Below are positions 37,599-46,819 of a stretch of DNA of 64,000 bases, piece by piece. Numbering within the stretch: position 1 is the first letter of the stretch; every line of letters begins with the position of its first letter. The notes below the pieces were generated by a model. That model made no database searches. It saw nothing but the letters and a program-made list of their open reading frames with translations, and was not told the origin of the DNA. Position numbers and translations under genes: made by a program. The stretch comes from an uncultured Pseudomonadota bacterium (GTDB lineage: Bacteria > Desulfobacterota > Binatia > Binatales > Binataceae): NCBI GenBank assembly GCA_963759165.1, contig CAVWXK010000002.1:320231-384230 (forward strand), given 5' to 3'.

Positions 37599-39902
37599 GT
37601 GGAAGAGCAGGAAACCCTCTCAGCGTGGTGGTGGCGGTCGGTTGTTCTGACAACCGTGTTTGGCTTTGCGCTCCTTGCCTGGCTTGCGGCACGGACGTAT
37701 AAGGACGCGCCACCGATTCCCAAACATGCGGTGAGCCAGTGGGGAGAGTCCCTCTTCTCGGGAGATGACATCCTTGCGGGACAACGTATCTTCCTCAAGC
37801 ACGGCTTGATGGAAAACGGCACGATTTGGGGCCACGGCGCCTATCTAGGCCCTGACTTCTCCGCCGAATACTTGCACACGCTGGCACTTGACGCTCGATC
37901 CATACTGGCGCGGCAGCGCTGGCACCGCGAGTTCGCGGACCTTTCTCCACAAGATAAGACCGCCGTAAGTGCGGAGGTGGAGCAGTCACTCAAACAAAAC
38001 CGTTACGATGATAAAAGCGAAACCTTGGTCCTTACTGATGCCGAAGCAGCCTCGTTCCGCGAACAACAGAACAAGTGGATGACGTACTTTTCGCGGCCGG
38101 AAGAGAACGGCGGCCTGCCGGCGAACTACATCAGCGACAGCCGAGACCTACGACAACTAACTGCCTTCTTCGCCTGGACGGCGTGGGCTGCAGTGGCGAA
38201 CAGACCGGGCAAACTTTACTCGTATACCAACGACTTCCCCTATGACCCTAGCGCCGGCAATGTCCCGACAGCCGATGCCGTGCTGTGGAGTGCACTCAGC
38301 CTGATAGCGCTACTGGTGGGAACCGCTGCGGTTCTCTTCGCCTTCGGCAGGTTCGACTTTTTGGGCTGGAAGCGAAGGGCGGACCATGTCCATCCTCGGA
38401 TGATTCCCGGCGCCACAACTGAAAGTCAAAAGGCGGCAATCAAATACTTTGTCGTTGCGGTCCTGCTTTTCCTTGCCCAGGTGCTGGTAGGTGGAGGTAC
38501 CGCTCACTATCGCGCGGACCCGGGAACGTTTTATGGCATTCACCTGTCTAATCTCGTGCCGAGCCACGTCCTTCGGACCTGGCATCTGCAGCTTGGCATC
38601 TTATGGATCGTGACGGCCTACGTGGCGGGCGGACTGTTCTTAGCGCCGTCGCTCGGCGGTATCGAACCTCGAGGCCAGGTTCTATGGGTCAACCTGCTGT
38701 TTGGTGCGCTGGTTACGATACTGGCTGGCAGCTTGCTCGGCGAGCTGCTCGGGCTAAGGCAGTTGCTCGGCAAGTTTTGGTACTGGTTCGGAGACCAAGG
38801 CTGGGAGTACCTCGACCTGGGTCGCGCCTGGCAGGTTCTTTTAGCTATTGGCCTTGCTCTATGGGCTGAGCTGGTAACCAGAGCTATGAGGCCGGCAATA
38901 AAGGATCGCGAACGAGGCGAGGTCTCGTCGCTCTTTTTATGTTCGGTAATCGCGATCCCGGTATTTTACCTGCCTGCCTTATTTTACAATGCCAATACTC
39001 ATTTCTCCGTGGTGGACATGTGGCGCTTTTGGATCATCCATCTTTGGGTGGAGGACTTCCTCGAACTGTTTGTGACCGCTTCGATCGCGATCATCGTGTA
39101 CCAGCTCGGCGTGGTCTCCGGCGCCACCGCAGCTCGCGTCGTTTATATGGACGCGCTGCTTTACTTGGGAAGCGGGATCGTGGGTACGGGCCACCACTGG
39201 TATTTCACCGGGCAATCGGTCATCACCATGGCGCTCAGCGCGACCTTCTCTGCAATGGAGGTTGTGCCGCTGACGTTGCTCACACTTGGCGCTTGGGACT
39301 TCATCCAGTTGAGCAAAGGAAGATGCGAACTATGTGGGAAGGAGATTCTTGTGCCGCACAAATGGACCTTCTACTTTCTCTTGTCGGTCGGATTTTGGAA
39401 CTTCTTGGGCGCTGGTGTCTTCGGCTTTCTGATTAATTTGCCGATCGTCAGTTACTTCGAGGTGGGTACGATTCTTACGCCCAACCACGCCCACGCTGCG
39501 ATGATGGGAGTTTTCGGCATGCTGGCCATCGCGCTGATGGTCTTCGCCTTCAGGCAGGTACTGTCAGATGACGAGTGGAGCCGTTTGGAAACATATGTCG
39601 CCCTCTCCTTCTGGGGCCTCAATGCCGGTCTCGCCCTGATGATTGTGAGCAATCTCTTTCCGGGCGGCGTGCTGCAACTCTATGACGTTCTCCGAAATGG
39701 TTACTGGCACGCAAGAAGCCCGGAGTTTCTGCATGCCGTTCGGCTTATCGAATGGCTGCGGCTTCCAGGCGACCTCGTCTTCATCGGCTTCGGTGTGCTC
39801 CCCGCGGTGCTCGTAGCCTGCTTAACCTACGTATCAATCCGGCGAAGACCGCCAGGCTACGTATTCAGCGGAAAAAGTTCGCAAGCTGGACTTCACATGT
39901 AG
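37599..39902 (+). CDS. norB: Quinol-dependent nitric oxide reductase (qNOR, NorZ/NorB long form)
   Basis: N-terminal TM plus periplasmic extension (YKDAPPIPKHAV...DDILAGQRIF...GHGAYLGPDFSAEYLH) fused to a 12-TM haem-copper-oxidase-like core (HHWYF, NHAHAAMMGVFG). GGGGAGG ribosome-binding site before GTG 37599; the track ORF starts at 37509. Confidence 0.9.
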   Translation: MEEQETLSAWWWRSVVLTTVFGFALLAWLAARTYKDAPPIPKHAVSQWGESLFSGDDILAGQRIFLKHGLMENGTIWGHGAYLGPDFSAEYLHTLALDARSILARQRWHREFADLSPQDKTAVSAEVEQSLKQNRYDDKSETLVLTDAEAASFREQQNKWMTYFSRPEENGGLPANYISDSRDLRQLTAFFAWTAWAAVANRPGKLYSYTNDFPYDPSAGNVPTADAVLWSALSLIALLVGTAAVLFAFGRFDFLGWKRRADHVHPRMIPGATTESQKAAIKYFVVAVLLFLAQVLVGGGTAHYRADPGTFYGIHLSNLVPSHVLRTWHLQLGILWIVTAYVAGGLFLAPSLGGIEPRGQVLWVNLLFGALVTILAGSLLGELLGLRQLLGKFWYWFGDQGWEYLDLGRAWQVLLAIGLALWAELVTRAMRPAIKDRERGEVSSLFLCSVIAIPVFYLPALFYNANTHFSVVDMWRFWIIHLWVEDFLELFVTASIAIIVYQLGVVSGATAARVVYMDALLYLGSGIVGTGHHWYFTGQSVITMALSATFSAMEVVPLTLLTLGAWDFIQLSKGRCELCGKEILVPHKWTFYFLLSVGFWNFLGAGVFGFLINLPIVSYFEVGTILTPNHAHAAMMGVFGMLAIALMVFAFRQVLSDDEWSRLETYVALSFWGLNAGLALMIVSNLFPGGVLQLYDVLRNGYWHARSPEFLHAVRLIEWLRLPGDLVFIGFGVLPAVLVACLTYVSIRRRPPGYVFSGKSSQAGLHM

Positions 39903-40064
39903 GTCTCTTCCGGACGTAGTGGTGATGAAATCCTGCGATAACCGGCAGCGGTGCGACGTTCTCGATGGACTGCGCTCGCCGGAATACCGACACTGGGTCC
40001 ATATAAGGGACGGGTGTATGATGAGTTGCAAGGATTTCCGAGCGATGTGTGAGGATTGTTAGTA

Positions 40065-40304
40065 ATGTTTCAAACGACTCTCAGCGAGGGCTCTCTCTTT
40101 CAGGACAATCCAGTCAAGCTTCGCGACAAATTCCTGGCCGAGAAAACCTCTTTCCATATCCTGGTCTACTGTGACGACTGTCAAATGCCCGCCCACGACA
40201 GCCGCTTCACCGGCCTTGTGACTGAGTTATGCCAATATCTGCTCGACCATCTGGCTCTGGATAAGAAGGAGATGAATGTCTCCATCACGGTGGTCAAGCG
40301 CTAG
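40065..40304 (+). CDS. Hypothetical protein
   Basis: 79-codon ORF (MFQTTLSEGSLFQDNPVKL...YCDDCQMPAHD...) with host-like GC3-rich codon choice. No family recognised. Confidence 0.35.
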   Translation: MFQTTLSEGSLFQDNPVKLRDKFLAEKTSFHILVYCDDCQMPAHDSRFTGLVTELCQYLLDHLALDKKEMNVSITVVKR

Positions 40305-40444
40305 CCCTGAGGCGCCCTCGAGTCGATAGCGCGGGTCTGCGTAGGCGGGACGCGTGCATAGCGCGAAGTCTTGGAGCGCGTAGGACGGGGGGTCAACACT
40401 GGCAAGAAAGCACCCGACGCGTGCCGTATTGGGGATAAAAGCAA

Positions 40445-40651
40445 ATGCCGAGTGCCTTCTCCGCCAAGGACAATAAAGCGTTGGTGGGGATCTGCCTCGC
40501 TTGCCAAAAGACAACGCCGACCGCGTTAATGGTCAGTTTGACGGGCTCCGAAAATGGCCGCCGCAAGTACTATGCGGTTTGCCTCTCGTGCGCAGACAAG
40601 GGCTGGCGTCCGCCGGGTTTCAGCGGAGTTTATCAATCGCGTTATGAATAA
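40445..40651 (+). CDS. Hypothetical small CxxC...CxxC (zinc-ribbon-like) protein
   Basis: 68 aa with ICLACQ and VCLSCADKGW pairs and coding-like codon usage. No family recognised. Confidence 0.35.
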   Translation: MPSAFSAKDNKALVGICLACQKTTPTALMVSLTGSENGRRKYYAVCLSCADKGWRPPGFSGVYQSRYE

Positions 40652-40721
40652 AGCATCGTCTGCCAATTCCATTGTCGGCCGTGCAGCGACCGACGGGCGA
40701 GAAGTGCGTGGGGGGAGTCGA

Positions 40722-40874
40722 ATCGTTATCAAGCCCGAGACCGTCATCCGCTGGCATCGGGGCGGATTCCATGCGTACCGGCGGTGGAAGCTCCGAGTTC
40801 GCGGCGGACGCCCAGGGATCCACGGCGAGATACGCGATCTCATCCGACAGATGCGCATAGCGAACCCGCTCTGG
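40722..40874 (+). pseudogene. Internal fragment of the rve-type IS transposase (fragment 6)
   Basis: [51 protein letters not shown] parallels [50 protein letters not shown] of copy 1. Confidence 0.65.
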
Positions 40875-40920
40875 CTGCGCCCAGCTAACACTTCCTTCGG
40901 CGCCGGTGTGATTTGGATGG

Positions 40921-42585
40921 CTAAACCGGTTCGGTGAGTTCGCCGAGTTTCTTCGTTAGCGCAAGATTTTCGGAGTAGTCGACCGGACAGACGATGAGCG
41001 ATACGACATCGTCGGCGAGCGCGCGAGTGAGGGTCGGCAGAAGCTGGCCGGCGGCGCGAATCCGATAACCCCTGACCCCGAAACTCTCGGCGTACGAGAC
41101 CAGGTCGGGGTTGGTGAAGTCGCAGTGCGAATCGCGGCCCAGCTCCATTCTCATCTTCCACTTGATGAGACCGTAAGCCGAGTCCTCCCAGACTAGAACC
41201 ACAAACGGAATCTTCTCGCGCACCGCGGTCTCCAGCTCCTGCGAGTTCATGAGAAAGCCGCCGTCCCCCATCACGGCGAGCACCCTGCGATCAGGACATG
41301 CGAGCTTCGCCGCGAGCGCACCCGGCAGCGCGAAGCCCATGGTCGATAATCCGTTCGAGATGAGGCAGGTGTTTGCCGCGTGGGCCGGATACAGCCGCGC
41401 CATCCACATCTTGACCGCGCCGGTGTCGACCAGCGCGATGTCGTTGCGGCCCATCGCCTTGCGGATGTCGGCGACCAGGCGTTGCGGCTTGACGGGGAAT
41501 GAAGCGTACTTCGCTCCGCGGTCGAGCTCATCGCGCAGCAAAGCGCGGATCCTGGCGGAGGGCACCTGGCCGTCGCGCTTGGGCTGGATCGCGCCCGCGA
41601 GCGCGTCGAGTGACTGCGGGATGTTTCCCTCGATCCCGACTGCCACGTGATAGTTTGCGTCCACTTCGGCGGGGTAACGATGGACGTGAATGATGTGCTT
41701 GTCGCCCCTCGGATTGATGCGGCCGGGAGAATACTCCTGCAGGTCATAGCCCACGCACACGATTACGTCCGACCGGTCAAACCCGAAGTTGACATAGTCG
41801 TGATGCATGAAGCCGAGCGCGCCAAGCGCGTTGGGGTGGTTGTCGGGAAACACGCCTTTCCCCATGAAGGTGGTCGCGACCGGGATCCGCAGACGCTCCG
41901 AGAAGCGCACCAGCGCATCGGCCGCATCGTTGCGCACGGCGCCGTGCCCGGCGAGAACGATCGGCGACTTGGCGTGCCTCAGCACCTCCGCGGCACGCGC
42001 TATCTGGCTCGCCGACGGCGCCATGTCGCGCACCACGTTGATCCCGAGCGGCACGGCATCGCGCGGAGCCGCAAGCTTCTCGACGTCCTCGGGCACCGCG
42101 AGATAGCTGGCACCCGGCCGCTCGGTTTGCGCGACCTTGAACGCCTTGCGTACCATCTCGGGAACCGCGGCGGGGCTCAGTACGAGGTCGGCCCATTTGG
42201 TCACCGGCCGGAACATCGCCACAAGGTCCACCCCCTGATGGGACTCTTTGTAGATGCGGAAGAGGCCGACCTGCGCCGAGATTGCGACCAATGGCGCACT
42301 GTCCGTCTGCGCATCGGCGACGCCAAGCAACAGGTTGATCGCACCCGGACCGAGCGTCGCGACACACACGCCCGCGCGCCCGGTCAATCGCCCATAAATG
42401 TCCGCCATGAATGCGGCGCCCTGCTCGTGGCGTACCAGGATGAAGCGGATCGATGAGCGGTTGAATGCATCGATGAAATGGATGTTCTCCTCACCGGGAA
42501 TGCCGAACACGTACTTCACGCCTTCGTTCTCTAGGCATCGAACGAGCAGTTGGGCCGCATTCAGTTTTCCGGGGCGGGTCGCCAT
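40921..42585 (-). CDS. Thiamine-diphosphate enzyme of the acetolactate synthase family
   Basis: 554 aa with N-terminal GVKYVFGIPGEENIHFIDA...VRHEQGAAFMADIYGRLTGRAGVCVATLGPGAINLL and the TPP-binding motif GDGGFLMNSQELET. Confidence 0.8.
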   Translation of the reverse strand: MATRPGKLNAAQLLVRCLENEGVKYVFGIPGEENIHFIDAFNRSSIRFILVRHEQGAAFMADIYGRLTGRAGVCVATLGPGAINLLLGVADAQTDSAPLVAISAQVGLFRIYKESHQGVDLVAMFRPVTKWADLVLSPAAVPEMVRKAFKVAQTERPGASYLAVPEDVEKLAAPRDAVPLGINVVRDMAPSASQIARAAEVLRHAKSPIVLAGHGAVRNDAADALVRFSERLRIPVATTFMGKGVFPDNHPNALGALGFMHHDYVNFGFDRSDVIVCVGYDLQEYSPGRINPRGDKHIIHVHRYPAEVDANYHVAVGIEGNIPQSLDALAGAIQPKRDGQVPSARIRALLRDELDRGAKYASFPVKPQRLVADIRKAMGRNDIALVDTGAVKMWMARLYPAHAANTCLISNGLSTMGFALPGALAAKLACPDRRVLAVMGDGGFLMNSQELETAVREKIPFVVLVWEDSAYGLIKWKMRMELGRDSHCDFTNPDLVSYAESFGVRGYRIRAAGQLLPTLTRALADDVVSLIVCPVDYSENLALTKKLGELTEPV

Positions 42586-42920
42586 CGTAAGTTCCTCCGG
42601 GCAAGCTCACGGCGGTACCGGCGGTGCGAAGAGGTCGCAGTGGAATTCTTAACAAAGAACTTGCGCCGGAAACAGCGCGCCGCGTGCGTGCCGCGATTGC
42701 ATTGCTATCGGGACCGACTGTCCCTACCAAGAACCTTATCCTGTATGTAGACCGTGGGACGCGAGGAAGTTCCCGATTGCCGCATGGCTGTTCGGATCGA
42801 GTGTGTTGAGCGTGAACTCGAATAATCCACGAGTTGTAGTGCGCCGATGTGGGGATAAGGCACTCCAGCCAGCGCAAACGCAAATCAAGAGTTTCGCACA
42901 GAAATCGACAACCGACAGCC

Positions 42921-43223
42921 TTAGTAAGGCCTGCCGTCCTTACGCGCGAAGCGCCGTCTTCCGCCCTCGCCCAGGACCGCTTGGAGGTCGTCGTCGGGAT
43001 AGGACACCTCGTCGCCCTTTGCCCGGTCGCCGATTTCGAGATAAACGACGTGCCTTCTGGAGCGGTTCACCAGGTGATGCGCCGCCCCACCCGCGGGAAA
43101 GCCCGCGCACATACCAGGCCGAAGCGTCGGCTCGCCTTCGATGACATAGATGAACTCGTCCTGGCAACTGTGGCGATGATGCAGTGCAGACTGGGTACCG
43201 GGCGTTAGCCGCGTCAGGTTCAC
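42921..43223 (-). pseudogene. Cupin-domain protein lacking its N-terminal ~40 residues
   Basis: Begins inside the family block (V)NLTRLTPGTQSALHHRHSCQDEFIYVIEGEPTL...GFPAG...HHLVNRS...YPDDDL...KDGRPY. The reading frame starts immediately next to palindromic element copy b. Confidence 0.6.
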
Positions 43224-43231
43224 GCCGAAGC

Positions 43232-43281
43232 TGTATGTGGCGAATTGCTAATTCTGCCAGAGTCAGCAATTCCGCACACAC
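43232..43281. repeat. ~50-bp palindromic element, copy b
   Basis: tgtatgtggcgaattgctaattc-tgcca-gagtcagcaattccgcacacaca. The left arm differs by 1 nt and the right arm by about 4 nt from copy c. Confidence 0.7.
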
Positions 43282-43289
43282 AGGATTTC

Positions 43290-44408
43290 CTAAGCGGTGG
43301 ACCGGGCAGGTTGATAGCCGCACCACGGGTCAGTCGCGAGAAAGTCGCCGGTCAGCGCATAGGCGCGCGAGCGCGAACCGCCGCAGAAGGTGCGATACTC
43401 GCACCGACCGCACCTGCCATGCAGGGCGGCGGGGTCACGCAGCCTGCGGAAGAGCGCGGAGCTACGATAAATCTCGGCCAAGCTTTGCGATCGCACGTTT
43501 CCCGCAGAAACCGGCAGGAATCCGCTCGGATAGACCTCGCCCGTGTGTGACACGAAGACAAAGCCGTTGCCAGCGTTGACGCCGTGAGGCGCAAGCCCGA
43601 CGGTGTGGCCCGGCCCTTCCGATCGCCGAAGCATGTCGGGCATCGCCACCGTGCCAGGATGGCCCTGGGACTGCTCGCCGCTGCTTTCCGCCTCCTGTTG
43701 CGCGACATAGCGCCGGTAGTGGGGCGCCTCGGTTACCTTCACGATGAAGTGCGACTTTTTCTGAACCGCGTATAAGATCGCGAACAGTTCTTCACACTGG
43801 CGTGCCGCGACGCCGTCCAAGACCTCGCCGCGTCCGACCGGGACCAGGAAGAACACTTCCCAGAAGACCGCTCCAAGACGTTCGACCAACTCGGCCATCT
43901 CGGACAGAAACGGTGCCGAACCAGCCCACAGCGTCGTGTTGATTTGCAGCGGCAGACCACATTGGTGTGCCCATTCGACCGCCGCCATCGTCTTGTTGAA
44001 GGCCCCCGGTACTCCGCGGAAACCGTCGTGTAGGTCAGCGCGCGGATAATCGAGGCTCAGCGCCATCTGGTCCAGGCCCGCCTCCTTCAACTGGCGCACC
44101 ACGGTCGGCGTAAGTGCTGGAGTTGCCGCGGGGATGGTTCCCATGCGCAGGCCGAGCCGCTTGCCCTCGCGCACGAGGTCCAACAGGTCGGGCCGTTTGA
44201 GCGGATCGCCACCGCTGAGGATAAACACCGGAGTGCCCATCGCGGCGGCCTCGGCAAGCAGCGCGAAGCCTTGCACGGCGGTCAGTTCGTCGGAATGGCG
44301 CAACGGTTGAGCCGAGGCGCGGCAATGGCTGCAGGCGAGGTCGCAAGCCTGGGTCGTTTCCCAGATAACCAGAAAGGGCGCTTTCGCGAAGTCAATCGAT
44401 GGCATCAT
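43290..44408 (-). CDS. Radical SAM/SPASM-domain protein (NirJ/AhbD/PqqE-like)
   Basis: 372 aa with ETTQACDLACSHC (CxxxCxxC), the GGDPL motif, FWEVFFLVPVGRG, and a C-terminal Cys cluster LHGRCGRCEYRTFCGGSRSRAY...DPWC. Confidence 0.85.
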   Translation of the reverse strand: MMPSIDFAKAPFLVIWETTQACDLACSHCRASAQPLRHSDELTAVQGFALLAEAAAMGTPVFILSGGDPLKRPDLLDLVREGKRLGLRMGTIPAATPALTPTVVRQLKEAGLDQMALSLDYPRADLHDGFRGVPGAFNKTMAAVEWAHQCGLPLQINTTLWAGSAPFLSEMAELVERLGAVFWEVFFLVPVGRGEVLDGVAARQCEELFAILYAVQKKSHFIVKVTEAPHYRRYVAQQEAESSGEQSQGHPGTVAMPDMLRRSEGPGHTVGLAPHGVNAGNGFVFVSHTGEVYPSGFLPVSAGNVRSQSLAEIYRSSALFRRLRDPAALHGRCGRCEYRTFCGGSRSRAYALTGDFLATDPWCGYQPARSTA

Positions 44409-45178
44409 GGCACGTTCACTCAGAAATGATTGCGAATACCGATCTCAAGTGCAACACGCCCGACCTTCAGTTCCGGCCCGCTCGACGCGACGGGCAATTT
44501 AAGTGCGAGCCGAATCCCCTCATCGGTTTTTCTCTTACTTTCCCCTCAGCCGCGCGGCAGCCCTGATCAATGAAATGGTCGAGGCCATGATGGGGACTCG
44601 CTCTTTTGCTCCGGATCACTCCAGCGACCTTCGGTATCATCTCGCAGACGACCCTCCAACCGTGCGGTTGAGTATTTTCCTGGGCCGCACGCATTCCCCT
44701 GATGTCGCCAGTGGCGACAGAACCCAAGTGCCCTTTTGCGCCACGTTGCCATAGACCAGCCCTGTTTCGCGCCGCATTTGCTCAAGGGCGGACTCCCCCT
44801 ACGGATCTGGCCGGCTTGAGATGCCTTCCGGATGTTCAGACGGATCTTTCTTTAGGTACGCGGCTATCCGCTCCTCAACGATAAGTAACTGTCAAATGAA
44901 CGTAGAGTGTTTCTTGTTTACGGCCGTGGGTACGCTCATTGCTTTTACGTTTCAACACTGAAAAAAGGCACCAGAAGGCGGAACAGCCGCGGCCCGAGTT
45001 ATCTGTCAGGATCAACGTCGACCGTGTCGCGATATGCGCCGCTATAAGGTCCGTCCTAGTGACTGAGAGTGCGTGCCTCAGAAGCACTGAAGCAGTCTCG
45101 GGATAGGCGAGATTAGCGAAATAAATATGGCCCCCGCTCTCGGCAGGGACGGAGGATGAACCATGCAGCCGAAAATGA

Positions 45179-45614
<436 letters not shown>

Positions 45615-45820
45615 CCTTGCCGGTCTCGATGGTCGGCATAAACGCCCCTGCCCTCACGACCTTATCCAGCCTGCGGGTCGGCACCGGGCAATTTGCCACA
45701 GGCCGAGAAATCTAACTTCCGGGGTTCTGGAAATTCCGGATTTTAGGTTTCCTCGGAGCGACTGCTCGACATGTCGTTGACCAGCCAGCGAAGACCAGCG
45801 ATGATCCGCTGCGGTTCGAC

Positions 45821-46747
45821 ATGGAAATCATTGGCGCACGCGCCGCTCGCTTCTTTTTCATGCACCTGGGCAGCTTCATTGCGGTTATCGTCTATTTTTA
45901 CCTGTGCGGGGCGAGCGGTTACTCGCCGCCGGGCGTACGCTTAGCGCTGCTGACGGCGCTTATCGTGAACTGCGGCTACACGGTGCTGGCTTACTGGAAG
46001 GGCGAGCAGAAGCACTTCGACTTCGGCATCTGGACAATGTTCGCCCTGGGGGCGACCGCCGCATACCTCGGCATCGAGCCGGTGTTCCGGCTTTTTCTGC
46101 TCTACTCGCCGGCGATTCTGTTCGTGACGCTCGGCCTCACGGCCATCGTTCCACTCCTGCTTGGCCGCGAGCCGTTCACGTATTACTTTGCACGGCGCCA
46201 GGTTCCGCGCTGGCAGTTCAAGACACGCGAGTTCCACGTCATCAACCATGTGATGACCGTCTACTGGATACTGATCTTCTCTGCGGCTGGCGCGCTGTGC
46301 GCTTATTCGCCGCTCGATCCCCGCTTCACGTTTCTGTTGCCCAACCTCGCGGTGTTCGTACTCGGAATTCCGGCTCAGTTCTGGCTACCTCCTCTCTACT
46401 TCAAACTGTTCCCGCCTGAGCTCCCGCAGTTCGTCGAGCCGCTGATCATGGCGATGCCTATGGCCTTCAATGCAAAAGCCGCACGCGACGAGCGGGCTCG
46501 TATTCAGTTCCAGGTGAGCGGTGCCGAGCCTGGGAGCTACTGGCTGCGGATCGCTGACGGCAAGTGCGAAAGCTTCGAAGGTGCGACCGAGGCACCAGAC
46601 CTAACAGTGACTACGCCCGGCGAGGTCTGGGTGCGCATCGCCCGCGGTCAGCTCGACGGCGCCAAGGCGCTCGCAGACGGTCTCTACCAGGTGCAGGGCG
46701 ACTATGCGATCCTCGGGAAGATGAACGAATGGTTCAACGCCGGCTGA
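45821..46747 (+). CDS. Polytopic membrane protein with a C-terminal SCP2 (sterol/lipid carrier) domain
   Basis: The N-terminal ~200 aa contain 5-6 hydrophobic helices. The C-terminus IQFQVSGAEPGSYWLRIADGKCESFEG...LTVTTPGEVWVRIARGQLDGAKALADGLYQVQGDYAILGKM is SCP2-like. Confidence 0.6.
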   Translation: MEIIGARAARFFFMHLGSFIAVIVYFYLCGASGYSPPGVRLALLTALIVNCGYTVLAYWKGEQKHFDFGIWTMFALGATAAYLGIEPVFRLFLLYSPAILFVTLGLTAIVPLLLGREPFTYYFARRQVPRWQFKTREFHVINHVMTVYWILIFSAAGALCAYSPLDPRFTFLLPNLAVFVLGIPAQFWLPPLYFKLFPPELPQFVEPLIMAMPMAFNAKAARDERARIQFQVSGAEPGSYWLRIADGKCESFEGATEAPDLTVTTPGEVWVRIARGQLDGAKALADGLYQVQGDYAILGKMNEWFNAG

Positions 46748-46819
46748 ACCGCCGCGTTTAGCTTTCCAAATTCCCGCCCGATGCCGCGCACAACCGCACA
46801 ACAAACGCAGGAGAATGGT

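Noticed and set aside
39993-40008. Identical 16-mer ctgggtccatataagg downstream of qNOR, also at 52585..52600 downstream of the SRAP gene
   Set aside because: For a 64-kb window, roughly one exact 16-mer coincidence is expected by chance when both strands are counted. The flanks do not align and no structure is evident.
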